Shown here: piece by piece, positions 10,847 to 19,082 of the stretch
Numbering within the stretch: position 1 is the stretch's first letter
Layout of the letters: each line of letters opens with the position of its first letter
Source: an uncultured bacterium
GTDB lineage: Bacteria > Hydrothermota > Tepidihabitantia > SM23-42 > JAOAFX01
Assembly: GCA_964418185.1 (NCBI GenBank)
Contig: CAYQKL010000008.1
Span: 3,704-67,703, forward strand
DNA: 64,000 nucleotides
Reading direction: 5' to 3'
Program-made: the position numbers and the translations under genes
The notes under the pieces: generated by a model
Told to the model about the DNA's origin: nothing
What the model saw: the letters and a program-made list of their open reading frames with translations, nothing else
The model's database searches: none

Positions 10847-11592
10847 TTTACCTCCTTTGCGCGATTGCGAAATTCGCCCATGGGATAATATTTTACCATC
10901 ACCTCAGCAATCCATTTCTTTGCCTGGACCGGTGTAACACCCCAGCCCGTGGGGCACATTGAGAGGACTTCAATCAAAGAAAATCCTTTTTTATCAATCT
11001 GATACTGGAACGCAGTTTTAATTGCCTTTTTTGTCTTTATAATATTCTTTGGTGTATCAACCGCAACCCGTTCAAGATAGTATGGACCATCAAGACCATT
11101 GAGAAGTTCACAGACTTTTATCGGGTAACCCTGTTTTACAACATCCCTTCCTTTTACCGAAGTAGTTGACCTCATACCCGGTAAGGTGGTGGGGGCAAGT
11201 TGGCCACCAGTCATCCCATAGATTGCGTTATTTATAAAAATTATTGTAATATTTTCATTCCGTGCAGCGCTGTGAATGGTCTCTGCCGTACCTATGGCTG
11301 CGAGATCGCCGTCTCCTTGATATGAAAAAACAAAACATTCAGGTCTTGCCCTCTTTATGCCAGTTGCGACTGCAGGCGCCCTACCATGGGGTACCTGAAT
11401 CATATCACAATTGAAATATTCATCGGCAAAGACCGAACAACCCACGGGTGCTACACCCACTGTCTTTTCCCGAATATTCATTTCAACAAGGAGTTCACCA
11501 ATAATACGATGGACAATACCGTGACCACAACCAGGGCAATAACGTTGTTTTATATCGGTTAATCCTGCAGGTCTTCCAAAGATGAGTTTCAT
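10843..11592 (-). CDS. 2-oxoacid:ferredoxin oxidoreductase, beta subunit (TPP-binding)
   Basis: It contains CPGCGHG and the TPP-binding GDGD motif. Confidence 0.9.
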   Translation of the reverse strand: MKLIFGRPAGLTDIKQRYCPGCGHGIVHRIIGELLVEMNIREKTVGVAPVGCSVFADEYFNCDMIQVPHGRAPAVATGIKRARPECFVFSYQGDGDLAAIGTAETIHSAARNENITIIFINNAIYGMTGGQLAPTTLPGMRSTTSVKGRDVVKQGYPIKVCELLNGLDGPYYLERVAVDTPKNIIKTKKAIKTAFQYQIDKKGFSLIEVLSMCPTGWGVTPVQAKKWIAEVMVKYYPMGEFRNRAKEVK

Positions 11593-12653
11593 TTTTTACT
11601 CCTTATTTCAAGAATTTTATCATAGACCTCCCGGGCATTGGGTAAACCTCCACCTGGATGGCCGATGAAATGGACCTTTGAACGACCTTCAACCGCAAGT
11701 TTTACATCATCAATCATCTGACCAAGGCTCATCTCAACCACCAGAAAATTTTCTATTCTCCGGGATAACTCACTGATCATATCAACCGGAAATGGCCAGA
11801 GGGTTATAGGCCTTAATAGTCCAACCTTAATGCCATTTTCGCGTGCAATTCTAAGACCTGCTTCAGATACACGTGCTGAAGTTCCATAGGCAACAATCAT
11901 TATTTCTGCATCATCACACCTTATTGCTTCATATCTTTGTTCGGTTTTGATTATTTTCTGATATTTTTGCCATCTGCGCCAGTTCCACTCTTCCAGTTTA
12001 CCTGGTCTTAAATCATAGGAACGGATCACCCTTCTATCCCGATTCTTACAACCAGTAAGCCACCAGTCTTGTTCAGGTATACTCTCTGGATCGACTGGTT
12101 CACCTTTTAATTCAACTGGTTCCATCATCTGACCGAGCAACCCATCGGCAAGGATCAATGCTGGGTTCCGATATTTTTCTGCAAGTTCAAATGCAATCTT
12201 AGGGAATTCAAATAATTCTTGGGCTGAATTAGGCGCAAGAACGATAGTATGATAGTCACCATGGCCACCGCTCTTTACTGATTGATAATAATCAGATTGT
12301 GCTGGTGCAATATTTCCCAAGCCAGGTCCACCCCTTACCACATTTGCGACCAGTACAGGTACATCAGCACCAGCAATGTAGGATAATCCTTCCTGCATTA
12401 AACTTATTCCTGGAGATGAAGAAGAAGTCATTGCCCGGGCACCGGTTGATGCTGCACCAAAAAGCATATTTATTGCCGCAAGTTCACTCTCAGTCTGCAA
12501 GAATACACCACCCACTTCATTCATTCTTATTGACATATATTCCGGAACTTCATTCTGGGGGGTTATTGGATAGCCAGCAAAAAATCTACACCCTGCATAT
12601 ATCACACCTTCCACGAGGGCATGATTGCCATACATCAATTGTTTTTCAGCCAT
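11589..12653 (-). CDS. 2-oxoacid:ferredoxin oxidoreductase, alpha subunit
   Basis: The N-terminus GNHALVEGVIYAGCRFFAGYPITPQNE is POR/KOR alpha-like. Confidence 0.9.
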   Translation of the reverse strand: MAEKQLMYGNHALVEGVIYAGCRFFAGYPITPQNEVPEYMSIRMNEVGGVFLQTESELAAINMLFGAASTGARAMTSSSSPGISLMQEGLSYIAGADVPVLVANVVRGGPGLGNIAPAQSDYYQSVKSGGHGDYHTIVLAPNSAQELFEFPKIAFELAEKYRNPALILADGLLGQMMEPVELKGEPVDPESIPEQDWWLTGCKNRDRRVIRSYDLRPGKLEEWNWRRWQKYQKIIKTEQRYEAIRCDDAEIMIVAYGTSARVSEAGLRIARENGIKVGLLRPITLWPFPVDMISELSRRIENFLVVEMSLGQMIDDVKLAVEGRSKVHFIGHPGGGLPNAREVYDKILEIRSKK

Positions 12654-12662
12654 AATATCTCC

Positions 12663-12872
12663 TTATTTATAAACTTCAATCGCGGGTTCGGGACAGGACA
12701 TATAACAATATCCACAGCCGATACATTTGGACATATCAGTTACTTCTGCAGGATGGTAGCCACTTGAATTGATGCGGTCCGGAGAGAGCCTCAAAATTTT
12801 GACTGGACAGATGTCATCGCAACACAGACCGCACCCCTTGCAAACTTCTTCCAGGATTTTAATTTCAGGCAT
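12663..12872 (-). CDS. 2-oxoacid:ferredoxin oxidoreductase, delta subunit (2x[4Fe-4S] ferredoxin)
   Basis: Two cysteine motifs are present, CKGCGLCCDDICP and CIGCGYCYMSCP. A strong SD (AAGGAGGT) lies upstream. Confidence 0.85.
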   Translation of the reverse strand: MPEIKILEEVCKGCGLCCDDICPVKILRLSPDRINSSGYHPAEVTDMSKCIGCGYCYMSCPEPAIEVYK

Positions 12873-13078
12873 TAAACCTCCTTAAGATATTTTTTGAAAA
12901 AGAATTTCGCCAATCCTTTGCATTTCCAGTGACTATTATGAGAAATGCCTGAAGCGAAATTAGATATGGGTAAATCAATAAAAAATTCTCCCCGCGCGCA
13001 TATTATTGAATCATCATCAATTCGTGCCAATTCTTCTCTTATGCCCTTATTATATGAAAAAAAATTTGAAAGTCAAGT

Positions 13079-13813
13079 CTATTGAAAATATCTGGCTTTT
13101 ATGTATTTCAACCAATCTTCTTCGGATTTTTGATTTCTCTCGCGGGCTATTCGGCCGGCATTTGATATGGAACCAATATAGAAGCGGTTAAAGCCAAAAG
13201 TGAATATAATCCCGGCATCAACAAATTTCTTATTTTTTATAGAATTGTATAACAAAAAGCCACTCAGGGAACTGAGTATGAAGTCCTGCAGACCCCTCTT
13301 AATATTGCCTGCGTAAACCTCACCGGTTCCCGGCAGGAATACAGAGAATAACATTGCGCGGGTTATTGATTTTTCAGACTTTTTCATATAGCTTTCTATT
13401 TCCCGGGCAATGTTTGAGTCCACTTCTTCAAATTTATACCGGGCATTAACATATTGATGGTTGAACAAATAGGAAAAGCCCAACAGCCTTTTACCGTTAT
13501 CATCCTTGACGGGTTTTAGGATTTCAACGGCAAGACCATATTTCTTTGTTTCTAAGAGTTCTTTACCCAGGGATATTCTCGCCTTTTCTTCCAAATCAGG
13601 AAAATCCTTAAACAATCTTTCAATCTCATCATAACCTCCAAGATAGTCTGTATTTATAATCGCGATTGCATAATGCAGGCGCAACTGGAGATTTTTCTGG
13701 GCGCTTGAGTCAAAAAAGAATATCCGCTTATATTCAATGGCTGCCAGATCATAACAATTGTTTGAAAATAAAGATTCTGCAAGGGCAAACTGAGCAAAAA
13801 TAAAAAAAATCAT
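13079..13813 (-). CDS. hypothetical secreted or membrane protein with TPR-like helical repeats and a C-terminal TM2-like motif (paralog 2)
   Basis: The C-terminus FLPGTGEVYAGNIKRGLQDF...GFNRFYIG follows the same pattern as the upstream paralog (PGxGxxYxG...G). The two genes are translationally coupled. Confidence 0.4.
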   Translation of the reverse strand: MIFFIFAQFALAESLFSNNCYDLAAIEYKRIFFFDSSAQKNLQLRLHYAIAIINTDYLGGYDEIERLFKDFPDLEEKARISLGKELLETKKYGLAVEILKPVKDDNGKRLLGFSYLFNHQYVNARYKFEEVDSNIAREIESYMKKSEKSITRAMLFSVFLPGTGEVYAGNIKRGLQDFILSSLSGFLLYNSIKNKKFVDAGIIFTFGFNRFYIGSISNAGRIARERNQKSEEDWLKYIKARYFQ

Positions 13814-14526
13814 TAATTTCGGTTAAAGATTAAAGCCTGGTAGGCTGAATTCTTGTAGTAATTGTAGTTTCTAACTGCATTTATTCCACCATATATGTTG
13901 CCCGCATAAAAAATAATACTGATACCAAAACTGAAATAGAATTTTGTCTTTTCATTCTTATGATAATAATAGTAAGAAATGAGCGAGCCGGTCGTGATTA
14001 CAAGCGTTGAATAGATACCATCGCCAATTCTGCCACAATAATAATGACCACCACCCGGAAATAATGAAAGCAATCCACCCAACAGGGGATTCTTGTTCCG
14101 GGGTAGGGGTTCGGGCAAGTCCATAAATTCCTTTGCCTTCAGGAAATTAAATTCTGCTACATAACTCAGACCGATTAAATGCTTTGTCTCTGGTTCACCA
14201 ATTCTGGACTTCAATAATTCACGAACCATTGGATAATTACCTTTGAACAGATATATTTTTGATTTTGTGTATACTGCCTTTGCAGTATCGCTATAGTTTT
14301 TCGTTGAGGCAATTGCTTCATCATATCTCTTCAATCTTACCAGACAATCAACGATTTTTTCGTAGACTTCTTGTTTGTTGCCATTGTCATCGCCTAAGAA
14401 TATATACCTTCGGTACTCATTTAATGCCCCATTAAAATCTGCCTGAAGATATAGATAATCAGCAAATTGAAGAATCTGATTCTTCTCAAAAAATCCTGTT
14501 TGAAAAAATAGAAATAATATTATCAT
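13813..14526 (-). CDS. hypothetical TPR-like / TM2-like domain protein (paralog 1)
   Basis: The C-terminus LFPGGGHYYCGRIGDGIYSTLVI resembles the TM2-domain consensus. Helical-repeat content is visible (YYEKIVDCLVRLKRYDEAI). The gene overlaps its neighbours by 1 nt and 4 nt. Confidence 0.4.
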   Translation of the reverse strand: MIILFLFFQTGFFEKNQILQFADYLYLQADFNGALNEYRRYIFLGDDNGNKQEVYEKIVDCLVRLKRYDEAIASTKNYSDTAKAVYTKSKIYLFKGNYPMVRELLKSRIGEPETKHLIGLSYVAEFNFLKAKEFMDLPEPLPRNKNPLLGGLLSLFPGGGHYYCGRIGDGIYSTLVITTGSLISYYYYHKNEKTKFYFSFGISIIFYAGNIYGGINAVRNYNYYKNSAYQALIFNRN

Positions 14527-14888
14527 TGTATCTGCTCAATGATGGTATCAAAAGGTTTTCTTATCGGTGAAAGAAGGTAATTGTTTTCAACTGGGTCATA
14601 GACCTTATTGTCTTTTATGCCTGAATAGAATGTATCATAATAATTGATTGCATTTGGATTACAACGCATTAAACGGTCTGATGCCATCAATATTCCCCAG
14701 AAGATACCATATTTCTTGATTGACTCCGCAGCAAAATGCGAACAGGATGGAGAAAAATTACAGACATCACCCTGGGCAGGTGAAATAGTTTTTTGATATA
14801 ACTTGATGGCGGTGCCAAAAACAATTCTTACGGGATTTGTTTCCCTGGGGTACTGATTAAGAACCAGTAGGATCATCAATAAGTTCAT
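14523..14888 (-). CDS. yidD: YidD-family membrane protein insertion efficiency factor homolog, extended form of 121 aa
   Basis: The motif ...ISPAQGDVCNFSPSCSHFAAESIKKYGIFWGILMASDRLMRCNP...YDPV matches YidD/DUF37 (CxFxPSCS...RCxP). It is leaderless behind a consensus promoter. Confidence 0.65.
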   Translation of the reverse strand: MNLLMILLVLNQYPRETNPVRIVFGTAIKLYQKTISPAQGDVCNFSPSCSHFAAESIKKYGIFWGILMASDRLMRCNPNAINYYDTFYSGIKDNKVYDPVENNYLLSPIRKPFDTIIEQIQ

Positions 14889-14894
14889 TGGTTA

Positions 14895-14922
14895 ATTATA
14901 CAAAATTTATTAAGAATTGCAA
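14895..14922 (-). promoter_or_regulatory. Consensus promoter TTGCAA-N16-TATAAT for the yidD-like operon, 6 nt upstream of the ATG
   Basis: On the minus strand the -35 element is at 14917-14922 and the -10 element at 14895-14900. The ATG at 14888 predicts a leaderless transcript. Confidence 0.6.
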
Positions 14923-14925
14923 GTC

Positions 14926-14953
14926 TTGACTTGTAAACCAATATTACTATAAT
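14926..14953 (+). promoter_or_regulatory. Consensus promoter TTGACT-N16-TATAAT for the thermonuclease gene, 7 nt upstream of the ATG
   Basis: The -35 element is at 14926-14931 and the -10 element at 14948-14953. The ATG at 14961 predicts a leaderless transcript. Confidence 0.6.
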
Positions 14954-14960
14954 CCTCATT

Positions 14961-15732
14961 ATGAAGAGATGGATTTTGTTTTTTGGCTTACTGTTGCAAA
15001 CCTGCCTGAATACAGAAAAAGTTACTGAAGTGATTGATGGTGATACCTTCAAAACTGATAAGGGAAAGACAATCAGACTTCTGGGTATCAATGCCCCAGA
15101 AATAAAGGATCCGGGCGGTGACCTGGCAAAGGAATTTCTTAAGAATATGATTCTTGATAAAAAAGTTATCTTAAAAAGAGATGTTACTGAAAAGGACGAT
15201 TACGGCCGGTACCTCTGTTATGTCTACATTAATGGTAGGTCTGTTAATGAAGAGATGGTGCGCTGCGGTCTTGCGGAAACTCGATTCTACCCCCCCCGAT
15301 ACTTTGGGTAAAAATGAGTTGCAGGAAACAGAAAAGATCGCCATTAGAAACAGGAAAGGATTGTGGGTATTTCCTGTGTTCCAATTACCGGATACCACTG
15401 ATGTTCATAGCAGAGAACCGCAGACTGCAAAGACAAGCGACGAGATTATTTCCTATCAGGATGCAAGCAAATTCTACGGAAAAATTAAGACCGTTGAAGG
15501 AGTAATCGTTGTGACAAACAACACGGGCAAGGTCTGTTTTTTGAATTTTCATAAAGATTGGAAAAGATACTTCACCGCTGTGATTTTTGCCAGTGATTTT
15601 GATAAATTCCCCAAAAATCCTGAGGATTATTATCTAAACAGGAAAGTTAGGGTCACAGGGTTGATAAAAGAGTATAATGGTAAGCCAGAAATTGTAGTAA
15701 AAAATCCTGCACAGATTCAGATAGTAAAATAG
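14961..15732 (+). CDS. thermonuclease (SNase) family protein with a C-terminal OB-like extension, reading frame broken by a +1 shift inside a C8 homopolymer
   Basis: Frame 0 (14961-15311) encodes DGDTF...IRLLGINAPE...GRYLC, which is the SNase core. The next frame (15181-15732) continues with ...DTLGKNELQETEKIAIRNRKGLW, the SNase C-terminal helix, followed by an extra domain. The two frames join at ccccccccc (15289-15296). Confidence 0.6.
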
Positions 15733-16512
15733 TTATTTCAGCAATATCTGCGGGACATTTTTTTCGGGATGCAGAACAATTCTGATTTCGGTCTTATAGA
15801 CTTCAGCAATTATCTTTTCGTTTATTATCTCCTGAGGAGTACCTGTAGAATAAACCATTCCATTTTGTAGAAGAATGAGTTTCTTACAATACAGGGATGC
15901 AAGATTTAGGTCATGATTTACAATGACTATGGTCATTTCTTGCTGGTTTAAGATTTTCAACAATTCCATTATTTCTGATTGGTGATGAATATCAAGGTGG
16001 CTTGTTGGTTCATCAAGGAGTAAGATTTTTGGCTTTTGGGCAAGTGCACGGCAGATAACAACCATTTGTCTTTCACCGGAAGAAAGTGAGTTGATAGATC
16101 TCTTCTTTAATTCCTTTATGCCCGCTTTTTCAATTGCCCATTCTATTGCAGTAGTATCTTCTTCTGACATATGTTGAAATGGTTCAAGATATGGATATCT
16201 TCCCATTGCCACAACATCCTCTACTACATAATTGTGCTGAAAATATGTTTCCTGCGGAATGAACCCAATTATCCGAGCAAGTTCTTTGCGTTTTGTTTCT
16301 CTAATATTTCTTTCCATAATTGATATGTTGCCAGTGTAATTCTTCAAGATATTTGCCATAATCCGCAAAAGGGTTGATTTACCTGCACCATTTGGTCCAA
16401 TGATTCCAGAAAATTCCCCCATTTCAATACTAAAGGTAATATCTTTTATTATTGCCTTTTGATTATAGGAAAAAAAGATTTTCTTCAATGCAATCGCCTT
16501 CATACCACTCAA
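15733..16512 (-). CDS. ABC transporter ATP-binding protein of the iron-chelate/cobalamin importer type (FepC/BtuD-like)
   Basis: The Walker A motif is GPNGAGKST. The signature motif LSSGERQ and Walker B motif ILLLDEPTSHLD are also present. Confidence 0.85.
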   Translation of the reverse strand: MSGMKAIALKKIFFSYNQKAIIKDITFSIEMGEFSGIIGPNGAGKSTLLRIMANILKNYTGNISIMERNIRETKRKELARIIGFIPQETYFQHNYVVEDVVAMGRYPYLEPFQHMSEEDTTAIEWAIEKAGIKELKKRSINSLSSGERQMVVICRALAQKPKILLLDEPTSHLDIHHQSEIMELLKILNQQEMTIVIVNHDLNLASLYCKKLILLQNGMVYSTGTPQEIINEKIIAEVYKTEIRIVLHPEKNVPQILLK

Positions 16513-17453
16513 TTTTTGCGATATAGATAGATAAAAAATGGAACGCCAATAAGTGAAGTGATAATACCGGTTGGCAATTCATAAACCAGGAGATTGCGCG
16601 CCAGTCCATCAGCAAGCAGCAAAAATGTCGCACCCAAGAATAACGAACCAGTAAGATTTCTGATGTGTTTTGGCCCAAACAGCATTCCTGAGATATGGGG
16701 AATAACAAGGCCAACAAACCCAATAGCACCAACAACTGAAACCACAAAACTGACCAGGAGGGTGACCAAAACAAAGACTTCAATGGAAAAACGCTGGATA
16801 TCAATGCCCAATCCGGCTGCAGTTTCGGTACCGGTAGAGATGATATCAAATTCACGATAAAACCGATAAAGATAGAGAATTAAGATTATTGAAAAAACCA
16901 GTAGAATTATTATCATTGCGCGGTTTTCAGGAGTGATGATTATTCCTAAATAGCCCATCAAAAGATACAGAATTTCATATAATTCTTTTCTACCCGCAAT
17001 CATTATGATCATCACAAGGGAACTACATAAAAAACTCATCACCACACCAGCAAGGATTAATCTGTCGCGCAAGAGACCACCTTCTATGCGGGCAATTACA
17101 AAGACAATGATTCCGACAATTAACGCACCGGCAAACGCAAAGATTGGGCTTGTATAACCAAATACTGTTATTCCCACAGCCGCTCCAAATGCTGCGCCTG
17201 ATGCGGAACCCAGGGTATATGGTTCAACCAGTGGATTGCCAAAAAGTCCCTGCAGAATATTGCCACTGAAGGCAAGCACGCTTCCAGCAAATATACCCAG
17301 GATAATACGGTAAAGGCGCAGTTGTATTATCTCTTTTGTTAACGCACCGGGTCCGACAAACAATTCAATCACAATAGCAATCACAAAGACAACGACAATA
17401 AGTAGAGCGGTTTTATTCAAATATCTTCTCCAGTTGTTTGTAACCCAAAACAA
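16509..17453 (-). CDS. ABC transporter permease, FecCD/BtuC family
   Basis: About 9 TM helices. The C-terminal motif ...GIITSLIGVPFFIYLY is typical of the FecCD family. Confidence 0.85.
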   Translation of the reverse strand: MFWVTNNWRRYLNKTALLIVVVFVIAIVIELFVGPGALTKEIIQLRLYRIILGIFAGSVLAFSGNILQGLFGNPLVEPYTLGSASGAAFGAAVGITVFGYTSPIFAFAGALIVGIIVFVIARIEGGLLRDRLILAGVVMSFLCSSLVMIIMIAGRKELYEILYLLMGYLGIIITPENRAMIIILLVFSIILILYLYRFYREFDIISTGTETAAGLGIDIQRFSIEVFVLVTLLVSFVVSVVGAIGFVGLVIPHISGMLFGPKHIRNLTGSLFLGATFLLLADGLARNLLVYELPTGIITSLIGVPFFIYLYRKN

Positions 17454-18204
17454 GTCTTGGCCCGGGCCGCATAAGCCAATCCTGATTTAGGTCGTTATAA
17501 ACCTTTTTATTCTTGATTGCACTTATGTTATTCCAGCCAATACGTTTGGTGATCTGTTCGGGATGGAGAGCAATAATGATATCAGGATTTCTTGTTATGA
17601 CCTGTTCTTGGTTGATGACCGGGTAATCCTTTTCAATATCCGAAAAGATATTTGTTCCACCAGCAATTTCAATCAACTCATTGAGATAAGACTTCCTGCC
17701 AATAGTAATCAGTGGTCTTGCACAAATTTCAACATAGACTTTTTTCTTGATATGATTAACAGGTAATAAGTTTAACTTCATATAGTTAACAAGAGAATCT
17801 GCTTGCCTCTCCTTTTTCAGGATCTTGCCCAATTTTAGGATCTCTTGATAGATTTCATCAAGTGACCCGGATGAGGTGCTGAAGGTCTTGACCCGGAATT
17901 TTTCAAGCTGATTCTTAATACGGGTTTGTTCAGGGACATTGATAATAACAATATCTGGTTTTAGATGGAGAATTCTTTCCAGGGACGGATTGGAAAAATC
18001 GCCGATTTTATTAATCCTTTTTGCTGAATCTGGATAGTCACAATAGGTGGTAACACCCACAAGATATTTTTCCGCACCTATGGCAAAGATTATTTCGGTC
18101 ATTGCTGGCGACAGGGAAACAATCCGTAAATTTGAATCAGTAGTTGATTTCTGACAGGAAAATATGGTAAAACAGAGTAACAAAAGTCCACCTCTCGGTT
18201 CCAT
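17413..18204 (-). CDS. ABC transporter periplasmic substrate-binding lipoprotein, BtuF/FepB class
   Basis: The motif RIVSLSPAMTEIIFAIGA...VGVTTYCDYP is typical of BtuF/FhuD-type binding proteins. A lipoprotein-like signal LLLLCFTIFSC is present. The start is revised to the ATG at 18204, because the ORF-track extension overlaps the -10 element. Confidence 0.75.
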   Translation of the reverse strand: MEPRGGLLLLCFTIFSCQKSTTDSNLRIVSLSPAMTEIIFAIGAEKYLVGVTTYCDYPDSAKRINKIGDFSNPSLERILHLKPDIVIINVPEQTRIKNQLEKFRVKTFSTSSGSLDEIYQEILKLGKILKKERQADSLVNYMKLNLLPVNHIKKKVYVEICARPLITIGRKSYLNELIEIAGGTNIFSDIEKDYPVINQEQVITRNPDIIIALHPEQITKRIGWNNISAIKNKKVYNDLNQDWLMRPGPRLVLGYKQLEKIFE

Positions 18205-18210
18205 ATGTGA

Positions 18211-18238
18211 ATTATATTTATTCAAACCAAAAAATCAA
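18211..18238 (-). promoter_or_regulatory. Consensus promoter TTGATT-N16-TATAAT for the ABC importer operon, 6 nt upstream of the ATG
   Basis: On the minus strand the -35 element is at 18233-18238 and the -10 element at 18211-18216. The ATG at 18204 predicts a leaderless transcript. Confidence 0.6.
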
Positions 18239-18343
18239 CAACCATCAAATGATTTGGTCACAATATCTTTATCCTAAATGCCTCTTTTGTCTGATGGATT
18301 CAGACCGCCTTGAATGTCTCGTTTTCTCAGATTCCTTTGCCTA

Positions 18344-18371
18344 TTGACACTTTTCAAAATATGGATAAAAT
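18344..18371 (+). promoter_or_regulatory. Promoter TTGACA-N16-TAAAAT for the cNMP-binding protein gene
   Basis: The -35 element is at 18344-18349 and the -10 element at 18366-18371. The ATG at 18381 lies 9 nt downstream. Confidence 0.55.
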
Positions 18372-18380
18372 TATCAGGTT

Positions 18381-18896
18381 ATGAAGGATTTTAATAAGGT
18401 TGTTCTTTTCAAGTACCTTTCACCCCAGGAGATAAACTGGATGATGGTGAAATGGGAACCAAGAGATGTTGTTCAAGACACTGTGATAGTGAAAGAAGGG
18501 ACAACTGGTGATGAAATGTATTTGATTGAATCGGGAAAAGTAGAGGTTTTCTTAACGCGTGGAGACCTTGTGCTTGTGCTGTCAGAATTGGGCGAATCAT
18601 CATTCTTTGGTGAGATGGCAATACTTACTGATAAACCACGTTCTGCCACAGTAAAGGCAAAGACTGATTGCCGGCTATACGTTCTGAAAAAGAATCAGTT
18701 TATGGAAATAGTTAATGAAAATCCAAAGGTGGCGGCAAAATTCTTGCTGGCAATGGGTGAAGACCTTTCTCACAGAATAATGACCACGAATGCCAATTTA
18801 GAGAACTATTTTCTGATAAACCGGGCAATAGTAGATAACGAATCTTTTAGAAACCTTTACATTCTTACCCATAAGGCCCCATCGTCTAGTGGTTAG
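18381..18896 (+). CDS. standalone cyclic-nucleotide-binding (cNMP/CAP-type) domain protein with no DNA-binding domain
   Basis: It carries the FGEMAIL...RSATV cNMP-binding signature. The last 22 nt of the ORF overlap the tRNA-Glu gene. Confidence 0.6.
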   Translation: MKDFNKVVLFKYLSPQEINWMMVKWEPRDVVQDTVIVKEGTTGDEMYLIESGKVEVFLTRGDLVLVLSELGESSFFGEMAILTDKPRSATVKAKTDCRLYVLKKNQFMEIVNENPKVAAKFLLAMGEDLSHRIMTTNANLENYFLINRAIVDNESFRNLYILTHKAPSSSG

Positions 18897-18946
18897 GACA
18901 TCACTCTTTCAAGGTGAAGATACGGGTTCGACTCCCGTTGGGGCCA
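18875..18946 (+). tRNA. tRNA-Glu (anticodon UUC)
   Basis: A cloverleaf folds by hand: acceptor stem GGCCCCA/TGGGGCC, anticodon stem-loop tcact-cTTTCaa-ggtga, T-arm ACGGG-TTCGACT-CCCGT. No CCA is encoded. Confidence 0.85.
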
Positions 18947-19082
18947 GTATTATATGGGTATTGGTAGCTATTTGATTGATCGGCGACCCTTTTCATTGTC
19001 TTACTTGTGTCTAATAGTTCAAAAAAATTTTCTATGAAAATAAAGGATCTGAATAAGAAATAAAGATTATAAGGAGGTTATA

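Noticed and set aside
18226-18380. Cobalamin riboswitch upstream of the BtuF/FecCD-type ABC importer
   Set aside because: No B12-box (GCCACTG-like) is present and there is no extended conserved structure. The 155-bp region is fully accounted for by two back-to-back consensus promoters with leaderless starts.
18875-19082. Integrated mobile element or prophage at tRNA-Glu
   Set aside because: There is no integrase, no direct repeat of the tRNA 3' end downstream, and the flanking genes are ordinary chromosomal genes.
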